Source: Auanema rhodensis (lineage: Eukaryota; Animalia; Nematoda). Taken from it: a stretch of 64,000 nt of DNA. Location of the stretch: assembly GCA_964057225.1 (NCBI GenBank), contig OZ059897.1:7936001-8000000 (forward strand), read 5' to 3'. A program made the translations under genes and the position numbers. Of the stretch, positions 1-9,907 are shown piece by piece (within the stretch, counting starts at the first letter, position 1; each line of letters starts with the position of its first letter). The notes below the pieces were generated by a model. That model worked only from the letters and a program-made list of their open reading frames with translations. It had not been told where the DNA came from and searched no databases.

Positions 1-49
1 AATGACTTGTAGTTCGAACTTGATGTGCCAAGATATAACGAGAGCGTCA

Positions 50-122
50 GCCCGCGTGGCCTAATGGATAAGGCGTCTGACTTCTAATCAGAAGATTGTC
101 GGTTCGATCCCGGCCGTGGGCT
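50..122 (+). tRNA. tRNA-Arg(TCT), intronless, first of 36 copies (copy n starts at 50+194*(n-1))
   Basis: Cloverleaf: acceptor GCCCGCG/CGTGGGC, D-arm GCCT..AGGC, anticodon arm TCTGA-CT[TCT]AA-TCAGA, T-arm GTCGG-TTCGATC-CCGGC; followed by a T5-6 Pol III terminator. Confidence 0.96.
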
Positions 123-3100
123 TCATCTCTTTTTTCTTCAACACCTTTTGAATCTGGATAAAGTACATTTCTGATATTTTCAAAGTGTGGACCCAATGAC
201 TTGTAGTTCGAACTTGATGTGCCAAGATATAACGAGAGCGTCAGCCCGCGTGGCCTAATGGATAAGGCGTCTGACTTCTAATCAGAAGATTGTCGGTTCG
301 ATCCCGGCCGTGGGCTTCATCTCTTTTTGCTTCAACACCTTTTGAATCTGGATAAAGTACATTTCTGATATTTTCAAATTGTGGACCCAATGACTTGTAG
401 TTCGAACTTGATGTGCCAAGATATTAGGAGAGCGTCAGCCCGCGTGGCCTAATGGATAAGGCGTCTGACTTCTAATCAGAAGATTGTCGGTTCGATCCCG
501 GCCGTGGGCTTCATCTCTTTTTGCTTCAACACCTTTTGAATCTGGATAAAGTACATTTTTGATATTTTCAAATTGTGGACCCAATGACTTGTAGTTCGAA
601 CTTGATGTGCCAAGATATTAGGAGAGCGTCAGCCCGCGTGGCCTAATGGATAAGGCGTCTGACTTCTAATCAGAAGATTGTCGGTTCGATCCCGGCCGTG
701 GGCTTCATCTCTTTTTGCTTCAACACCTTTTGAATCTGGATAAAGTACATTTTTGATATTTTCAAACTCGGGACCCAATGACTTGTAGTTCGAACTTGAT
801 GTGCCAAGATATAAAGAGAGCGTCAGCCCGCGTGGCCTAATGGATAAGGCGTCTGACTTCTAATCAGAAGATTGTCGGTTCGATCCCGGCCGTGGGCTTC
901 ATCTCTTTTTGCTTCAACACCTTTTGAATCTGGATAAAGTACATTTTTGATATTTTCAAAGTCGGGACCCAATGACTTGTAGTTCGAACTTGATGTGCCA
1001 AGATATAACGAGAGCGTCAGCCCGCGTGGCCTAATGGATAAGGCGTCTGACTTCTAATCAGAAGATTGTCGGTTCGATCCCGGCCGTGGGCTTCATCTCT
1101 TTTTGCTTCAACACCTTTTGAATCTGGATAAAGTACATTTCTGATATTTTCAAAGTGTGGACCCAATGACTTGTAGTTCGAACTTGATGTGCCAAGATAT
1201 AACGAGAGCGTCAGCCCGCGTGGCCTAATGGATAAGGCGTCTGACTTCTAATCAGAAGATTGTCGGTTCGATCCCGGCCGTGGGCTTCATCTCTTTTTTC
1301 TTCAACACCTTTTGAATCTGGATAAAGTACATTTCTGATATTTTCAAAGTGTGGACCCAATGACTTGTAGTTCGAACTTGATGTGCCAAGATATAACGAG
1401 AGCGTCAGCCCGCGTGGCCTAATGGATAAGGCGTCTGACTTCTAATCAGAAGATTGTCGGTTCGATCCCGGCCGTGGGCTTCATCTCTTTTTGCTTCAAC
1501 ACCTTTTGAATCTGGATAAAGTACATTTTTGATATTTTCAAACTCGGGACCCAATGACTTGTAGTTCGAACTTGATGTGCCAAGATATAACGAGAGCGTC
1601 AGCCCGCGTGGCCTAATGGATAAGGCGTCTGACTTCTAATCAGAAGATTGTCGGTTCGATCCCGGCCGTGGGCTTCATCTCTTTTTGCTTCAACACCTTT
1701 TGAATCTGGATAAAGTACATTTCTGATATTTTCAAAGTGTGGACCCAATGACTTGTAGTTCGAACTTGATGTGCCAAGATATAACGAGAGCGTCAGCCCG
1801 CGTGGCCTAATGGATAAGGCGTCTGACTTCTAATCAGAAGATTGTCGGTTCGATCCCGGCCGTGGGCTTCATCTCTTTTTGCTTCAACACCTTTTGAATC
1901 TGGATAAAGTACATTTTTGATATTTTCAAAGTCGGGACCCAATGACTTGTAGTTCGAACTTGATGTGCCAAGATATAACGAGAGCGTCAGCCCGCGTGGC
2001 CTAATGGATAAGGCGTCTGACTTCTAATCAGAAGATTGTCGGTTCGATCCCGGCCGTGGGCTTCATCTCTTTTTGCTTCAACACCTTTTGAATCTGGATA
2101 AAGTACATTTCTGATATTTTCAAAGTGTGGACCCAATGACTTGTAGTTCGAACTTGATGTGCCAAGATATAACGAGAGCGTCAGCCCGCGTGGCCTAATG
2201 GATAAGGCGTCTGACTTCTAATCAGAAGATTGTCGGTTCGATCCCGGCCGTGGGCTTCATCTCTTTTTTCTTCAACACCTTTTGAATCTGGATAAAGTAC
2301 ATTTCTGATATTTTCAAAGTGTGGACCCAATGACTTGTAGTTCGAACTTGATGTGCCAAGATATAACGAGAGCGTCAGCCCGCGTGGCCTAATGGATAAG
2401 GCGTCTGACTTCTAATCAGAAGATTGTCGGTTCGATCCCGGCCGTGGGCTTCATCTCTTTTTGCTTCAACACCTTTTGAATCTGGATAAAGTACATTTTT
2501 GATATTTTCAAACTCGGGACCCAATGACTTGTAGTTCGAACTTGATGTGCCAAGATATAAAGAGAGCGTCAGCCCGCGTGGCCTAATGGATAAGGCGTCT
2601 GACTTCTAATCAGAAGATTGTCGGTTCGATCCCGGCCGTGGGCTTCATCTCTTTTTGCTTCAACACCTTTTGAATCTGGATAAAGTACATTTTTGATATT
2701 TTCAAAGTCGGGACCCAATGACTTGTAGTTCGAACTTGATGTGCCAAGATATAACGAGAGCGTCAGCCCGCGTGGCCTAATGGATAAGGCGTCTGACTTC
2801 TAATCAGAAGATTGTCGGTTCGATCCCGGCCGTGGGCTTCATCTCTTTTTGCTTCAACACCTTTTGAATCTGGATAAAGTACATTTCTGATATTTTCAAA
2901 GTGTGGACCCAATGACTTGTAGTTCGAACTTGATGTGCCAAGATATAACGAGAGCGTCAGCCCGCGTGGCCTAATGGATAAGGCGTCTGACTTCTAATCA
3001 GAAGATTGTCGGTTTGATCCCGGCCGTGGGCTTCATCTCTTTTTGCTTCAACACCTTTTGAATCTGGATAAAGTACATTTTTGATATTTTCAAAGTGTGG

Positions 3101-6100
3101 ACCCAATGACTTGTAGTTCGAACTTGATGTGCCAAGATATAACGAGAGCGTCAGCCCGCGTGGCCTAATGGATAAGGCGTCTGACTTCTAATCAGAAGAT
3201 TGTCGGTTCGATCCCGGCCGTGGGCTTCATCTCTTTTTGCTTCAACACCTTTTGAATCTGGATAAAGTACATTTCTGATATTTTCAAAGTGTGGACCCAA
3301 TGACTTGTAGTTCGAACTTGATGTGCCAAGATATAACGAGAGCGTCAGCCCGCGTGGCCTAATGGATAAGGCGTCTGACTTCTAATCAGAAGATTGTCGG
3401 TTCGATCCCGGCCGTGGGCTTCATCTCTTTTTGCTTCAACACCTTCTGAATCTGGATAAAGTACATTTTTGATATTTTCAAAGTCGGGACCCAATGACTT
3501 GTAGTTCGAACTTGATGTGCCAAGATATAACGGGAGCGTCAGCCCGCGTGGCCTAATGGATAAGGCGTCTGACTTCTAATCAGAAGATTGTCGGTTCGAT
3601 CCCGGCCGTGGGCTTCATCTCTTTTTGCTTCAACACCTTTTGAATCTGGATAAAGTACATTTTTGATATTTTCAAAGTCGGGACCCAATGACTTGTAGTT
3701 CGAACTTGATGTGCCAAGATATAACGAGAGCGTCAGCCCGCGTGGCCTAATGGATAAGGCGTCTGACTTCTAATCAGAAGATTGTCGGTTCGATCCCGGC
3801 CGTGGGCTTCATCTCTTTTTGCTTCAACACCTTTTGAATCTGGATAAAGTACATTTTTGATATTTTCAAACTCGGGACCCAATGACTTGTAGTTCGAACT
3901 TGATGTGCCAAGATATAAAGAGAGCGTCAGCCCGCGTGGCCTAATGGATAAGGCGTCTGACTTCTAATCAGAAGATTGTCGGTTCGATCCCGGCCGTGGG
4001 CTTCATCTCTTTTTGCTTCAACACCTTTTGAATCTGGATAAAGTACATTTTTGATATTTTCAAAGTCGGGACCCAATGACTTGTAGTTCGAACTTGATGT
4101 GCCAAGATATAACGAGAGCGTCAGCCCGCGTGGCCTAATGGATAAGGCGTCTGACTTCTAATCAGAAGATTGTCGGTTCGATCCCGGCCGTGGGCTTCAT
4201 CTCTTTTTGCTTCAACACCTTTTGAATCTGGATAAAGTACATTTCTGATATTTTCAAAGTGTGGACCCAATGACTTGTAGTTCGAACTTGATGTGCCAAG
4301 ATATAACGAGAGCGTCAGCCCGCGTGGCCTAATGGATAAGGCGTCTGACTTCTAATCAGAAGATTGTCGGTTCGATCCCGGCCGTGGGCTTCATCTCTTT
4401 TTTCTTCAACACCTTTTGAATGTGGATAAAGTACATTTCTGATATTTTCAAAGTGTGGACCCAATGACTTGTAGTTCGAACTTGATGTGCCAAGATATAA
4501 CGAGAGCGTCAGCCCGCGTGGCCTAATGGATAAGGCGTCTGACTTCTAATCAGAAGATTGTCGGTTTGATCCCGGCCGTGGGCTTCATCTCTTTTTGCTT
4601 CAACACCTTTTGAATCTGGATAAAGTACATTTTTGATATTTTCAAAGTGTGGACCCAATGACTTGTAGTTCGAACTTGATGTGCCAAGATATAACGAGAG
4701 CGTCAGCCCGCGTGGCCTAATGGATAAGGCGTCTGACTTCTAATCAGAAGATTGTCGGTTCGATCCCGGCCGTGGGCTTCATCTCTTTTTGCTTCAACAC
4801 CTTTTGAATCTGGATAAAGTACATTTTTGATATTTTCAAAGTCGGGACCCAATGACTTGTAGTTCGAACTTGATGTGCCAAGATATAACGAGAGCGTCAG
4901 CCCGCGTGGCCTAATGGATAAGGCGTCTGACTTCTAATCAGAAGATTGTCGGTTCGATCCCGGCCGTGGGCTTCATCTCTTTTTGCTTCAACACCTTTTG
5001 AATCTGGATAAAGTACATTTCTGATATTTTCAAAGTGTGGACCCAATGACTTGTAGTTCGAACTTGATGTGCCAAGATATAACGAGAGCGTCAGCCCGCG
5101 TGGCCTAATGGATAAGGCGTCTGACTTCTAATCAGAAGATTGTCGGTTCGATCCCGGCCGTGGGCTTCATCTCTTTTTTCTTCAACACCTTTTGAATGTG
5201 GATAAAGTACATTTCTGATATTTTCAAAGTGTGGACCCAATGACTTGTAGTTCGAACTTGATGTGCCAAGATATAACGAGAGCGTCAGCCCGCGTGGCCT
5301 AATGGATAAGGCGTCTGACTTCTAATCAGAAGATTGTCGGTTTGATCCCGGCCGTGGGCTTCATCTCTTTTTGCTTCAACACCTTTTGAATCTGGATAAA
5401 GTACATTTTTGATATTTTCAAAGTGTGGACCCAATGACTTGTAGTTCGAACTTGATGTGCCAAGATATAACGAGAGCGTCAGCCCGCGTGGCCTAATGGA
5501 TAAGGCGTCTGACTTCTAATCAGAAGATTGTCGGTTCGATCCCGGCCGTGGGCTTCATCTCTTTTTGCTTCAACACCTTTTGAATCTGGATAAAGTACAT
5601 TTCTGATATTTTCAAAGTGTGGACCCAATGACTTGTAGTTCGAACTTGATGTGCCAAGATATAACGAGAGCGTCAGCCCGCGTGGCCTAATGGATAAGGC
5701 GTCTGACTTCTAATCAGAAGATTGTCGGTTCGATCCCGGCCGTGGGCTTCATCTCTTTTTGCTTCAACACCTTCTGAATCTGGATAAAGTACATTTTTGA
5801 TATTTTCAAAGTCGGGACCCAATGACTTGTAGTTCGAACTTGATGTGCCAAGATATAACGGGAGCGTCAGCCCGCGTGGCCTAATGGATAAGGCGTCTGA
5901 CTTCTAATCAGAAGATTGTCGGTTCGATCCCGGCCGTGGGCTTCATCTCTTTTTGCTTCAACACCTTTTGAATCTGGATAAAGTACATTTTTGATATTTT
6001 CAAAGTCGGGACCCAATGACTTGTAGTTCGAACTTGATGTGCCAAGATATAACGAGAGCGTCAGCCCGCGTGGCCTAATGGATAAGGCGTCTGACTTCTA

Positions 6101-6839
6101 ATCAGAAGATTGTCGGTTCGATCCCGGCCGTGGGCTTCATCTCTTTTTTCTTCAACACCTTTTGAATCTGGATAAAGTACATTTCTGATATTTTCAAAGT
6201 GTGGACCCAATGACTTGTAGTTCGAACTTGATGTGCCAAGATATAACGGGAGCGTCAGCCCGCGTGGCCTAATGGATAAGGCGTCTGACTTCTAATCAGA
6301 AGATTGTCGGTTCGATCCCGGCCGTGGGCTTTATCTCTTTTTGCTTCAACACCTTCTGAATCTGGATAAAGTACATTTTTGATATTTTCAAACTCGGGAC
6401 CCAATGACTTGTAGTTCGAACTTGATGTGCCAAGATATAACGAGAGCGTCAGCCCGCGTGGCCTAATGGATAAGGCGTCTGACTTCTAATCAGAAGATTG
6501 TCGGTTCGATCCCGGCCGTGGGCTTCATCTCTTTTTGCTTCAACACCTTTTGAATGTGGATAAAGTACATTTCTGATATTTTCAAAGTCGGGACCCAATG
6601 ACTTGTAGTTCGAACTTGATGTGCCAAGATATAACGAGAGCGTCAGCCCGCGTGGCCTAATGGATAAGGCGTCTGACTTCTAATCAGAAGATTGTCGGTT
6701 CGATCCCGGCCGTGGGCTTCATCTCTTTTTGCTTCAACACCTTTTGAATCTGGATAAAGTACATTTTTGATATTTTCAAACTCGGGACCCAATGACTTGT
6801 AGTTCGAACTTGATGTGCCAAGATATAACGAAAGCGTCA

Positions 6840-6912
6840 GCCCGCGTGGCCTAATGGATAAGGCGTCTGACTTCTAATCAGAAGATTGTCGGTTCGATCC
6901 CGGCCGTGGGCT
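6840..6912 (+). tRNA. tRNA-Arg(TCT), last (36th) copy of the array
   Basis: Same sequence as the first copy. Confidence 0.95.
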
Positions 6913-7068
6913 TCATCTCTTTTTGCTTCAACACCTTTTGAATCTGGATAAAGTACATTTTTGATATTTTCAAAGTGTGGACCCAATGACTTGTAGTTCG
7001 ATCTTGATGTGCCAATAACGGGAGCGTTAACGACATCTAACATAGTGCAAACTCTCTTTTTATTTCAG

Positions 7069-7612
7069 CGTTTCGTTCCTCTACCAGCTTCCTCTCTTGC
7101 ATCATCTCTTAATTGTATCTTCATGAGGTGGAACGAGATGAAAACAGGTATTGAAGTTTATGACAAGGATGGTACTATTATTGGAGTCTCAAAAGTTGCT
7201 GCCCAAGCAGTATGTGATTAGTGCATAGACTCTTCAATTATTTAAATGTTTGCAGGCTGTTCGTGACACTACTCTAGTTAGAGCATTCCTCCCTGTACCT
7301 CTATTGTTAGCTCCTCCTTGTATATTACCATTTTTAGAAAAGTATGTTCGAATTATTCTAGTTTTACTGCATTGTACTGTCTAATTACTTGTAGGCTCAA
7401 ATGGGTTAAATCTTCGCCTGTTCGTCATTTACTTGTGAATGCTATGGTTTGTACTGTTTCATTTGCTTTATCACTTCCCGTAGCTTTGGCGCTTTTTCCT
7501 CAAGAATCTGCTGTAAGTTTTGAATTCAATATGCTTTCCCATTTTTTATTTTCAGATTCCAATCGAGAAACTGGAGAAAGAATTACAAGAAAAAACAAAA
7601 GCTACCGAACTC
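7069..7612 (+). CDS. sfxn-5: Sideroflexin (SFXN5-like), 3' exons 7069-7209, 7256-7341, 7395-7512, 7556-7612; last exon interrupted by the LTR element; 5' exons lie outside the window
   Basis: Spliced translation RFVPLPASSLASSLNCIFMRWNEMKTGIEVYDKDG..AVRDTTLVRAFLPVPLLLAPP..FALSLPVALALFPQESAIPIEKLEKELQEK matches the sideroflexin C-terminal half; GT-AG introns of 43-53 nt keep the frame. Confidence 0.9.
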
Positions 7613-7977
7613 GTTCCATTCGGAGACTCTATATATGTAACTGCAGGGTTAGAGCCAGACCGACTAGAGGAATGAGGAATGGCACCGCCTTCCCTCATGC
7701 CCCTATTCGGGAGTTCGCCCCTTTGCAAGCCCATGGACGGTTTGCATCTAACTTAGTTAATCTTATATATTAGTCTTTGTCTTGTAAATGTAGTTTACTT
7801 TATCCTTGTGTTAATGTATTGTAATGATATTGTATTGTGTATAATAAACCTATATATTTCCTTATCTTATGTAATCCTTATGCTCTGTTTCCATACCGCT
7901 ACACTTATGGAATACTATACGCGTAGTTGAGCAGACTACAATGGTCTGTTCAATATACGTAGGAGCATAATGGAACG
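7612..7977 (+). repeat. 5' LTR (366 bp)
   Basis: Direct repeat of 19320-19685 with no difference found by eye; terminal inverted repeat CGTTCCATT...AATGGAACG; TATATAT near 7630; AATAAA at 7843-7848. Confidence 0.97.
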
Positions 7978-7990
7978 TGGAGGTTCCACC
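7978..7990 (+). promoter_or_regulatory. Primer-binding site complementary to the tRNA-Gln 3' end
   Basis: TGGAGGTTCCACC directly after the 5' LTR is the reverse complement of GGTGGAACCT-CCA, the animal tRNA-Gln 3' end. Confidence 0.88.
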
Positions 7991-8960
7991 TCGAACTCAT
8001 TTTTGTCGCAAAAACTCGCATAAAAAGTCCATATTTTGATATCTAAATTAAAACTTCCTCCACGGTTAGCAACATAATGAGGGCGCCAACTTGTATAAGG
8101 TGCAGGTACAAGGGATCTCTCTTTTAGAGAGCTAGGACTACATAATTTTGAAATTTCACCCGCTGTCCCCACTCATAAAACCGTCTGAGTGTCCACCCTT
8201 ATAATACCGTATCCTGCACCGCTTCTCTTGCATTTTTTTTTGAGGACGTTTGGATCGAAATAGGGGACAATTTCACCAAACGAAATTTTGATTACATTAT
8301 TATTTGGCAACGAGGAGTTAGAATGAAATTTTGAAAGCGCACAAAGTTTAATATTTTATTGTGGTCAGGACTAGAGATTTGAAAGTTAAATTCAGGCGTA
8401 AAAGAGCATGCTAACTAAATATTTTTGCGGGAGCCGTTATTCGGTTTTTATTTTTTTTTTGATTGTGAGAATAGACCACACTAGTCCGAAAAATCCTGGC
8501 ACAAATTTTATTGCCTGTCAGGTCATTTTGGCGAAAGCACATGGGCTACGGATGTTTTCTTCTCCGTAGAATGTGTCACCTTCCTCAGCTCATTTTTGTT
8601 GCTAACATCATAAGATATTCCCACACACCTACCGTAGTATTCATATTGTAATATTCTATAAATTAGTAGAATGGTTTAAAGAAAAAAATTGCGTTTTATA
8701 AACGAGCTTTGGTCTCAGTCCATTAGTAAAATGAGCAATCTTTTTAAATATTCTCGGAATCTCATTAGCATGCCAAAATCATTCCGAAAAAGAATCGCCC
8801 ACGGCTTTTAATAATAACGTGCACATGAGCCATTTTCCCAAGGCGCACGCACTCCTTCTTTATTAATAAGCTCGACCAAAGTTTGTGTTATGGAAAAAAA
8901 AAAAAAAGAGAGAGAGAACAAATGAGTGAAATTAAGTATTTATTATATATGAAACAATTG

Positions 8961-9494
8961 TTAAAAGCCCCATTTAAAATGCAACTGTCTCACAAATTCT
9001 ATAGGCTGTGAGATGGGCTCATCGCTAGGCTCTAAATACTGCGAATACACCGAATCCGCAGAGGTCCTTAGCAATAAGCCCATAGGAGACTGTTCATAAA
9101 ATAAATAAATTTTAAACAAAATTTTAGACATATAATCATAAAAATCATGAGACTTATGCTCATACCAATTCCAAGGGGATGCGACCAGATTTGGGTTTTC
9201 ATACCAATGCGCGCACAAGTCGGTGAGGCACCATCGCCGGATAGCTGCAACCTCATCCGCTATTTCCTGCATTAGGGAGAAGTTTACTAATCCCCTTCCC
9301 AGATAATGCATCTTTAAATCCTCAATAAACTAAAAATTCTTATTAAGATAACATGTTTCTTTGTTTTAACCAACCATCTTAATTATGTCTGGGTGCGGCC
9401 TATAAGCTAACACTTCGTCTTGATCATACAAGACGAGGTCAGCGTACAGCTTCCTCAAGACAAAAGTCATTCCCGATAGACCTTCATAAGCCAT
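8961..9494 (-). CDS. Antisense two-exon accessory gene in the retroelement leader (exon 1 9494-9375, intron 9374-9330, exon 2 9329-8961), 162 aa, unknown function
   Basis: A 40-codon ATG exon joins the 116-aa ORF in frame through a 45-nt GTTGGT...TTTTTAG intron that contains an in-frame stop; A-rich sequence precedes the ATG. Confidence 0.7.
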
Positions 9495-9907
9495 TCTTTG
9501 ATTTATTTTTTTTTTTCAGCTCTACAAATATAAAGATTCTTATGCATAAAAAGGGGACATAAAACGACTGAAAATCTCTCTCATACTTTCAAGAATTCAA
9601 TTAGAGTAAAGTATTAAGATTGAGGCTAGAAAGAGCGAAGACCAAAAAAAATTTATAATTGATGAACATCTGTGAAATAGAATAAAGAAAAGAGAATACG
9701 GTAGATAGGCGGAGCCAGATCTCAGGCCAAGATTTTAAAACTCTTTCTCATCTAATAACGATTCTCGGCGAAAGACGCCACGTCTCAATCTTCAAACGTT
9801 TCTTACTTTTCCTATAACCGACCCGAATTTCTTGTCACTCATTCAACGTCAACATCCCCCATATAACGAAACACTCGCGGTTTTTCCGAACCAAGAGTGA
9901 TTCCAAA

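Larger units (their letters stand above)
1..7027 (+). repeat. Tandem array of 194-bp units, each carrying a tRNA-Arg(TCT) gene; 36 full units plus a degenerate partial 37th; probably continues beyond the window start
   Basis: Unit start AATGACTTGTAG recurs at 1, 195, 971, 2911, 5821, 6791 and 6985 (period 194). Units differ only at a few SNP positions. Confidence 0.98.

Noticed and set aside
1-7027. CRISPR-like regular repeat
   Set aside because: Whole 194-bp units repeat with no unique spacers, each holds a eukaryotic tRNA, and there are no cas genes.
6837-7043. 68-aa minus-strand ORF
   Set aside because: Antisense reading of the last tRNA repeat unit.
6840-7612. Ty3-like targeting of the insertion to the tRNA array, or the array supplying the primer
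   Set aside because: The insertion is ~700 bp downstream of the last tRNA, not at a Pol III start site, and the PBS matches Gln, not Arg. One site cannot show targeting.
7552-7734. 60-63 aa minus-strand ORFs in both LTRs
   Set aside because: Short, duplicated only because the LTRs are, and they run into different flanks.
8520-8830. Possible second antisense gene in the leader (MCTLLLKAVGDSFSE*FWHANEIPRIFKK.. and ILQYEYYGRCVG..)
   Set aside because: It has an internal stop and needs a weak GC-AG splice; not supportable without homologues.
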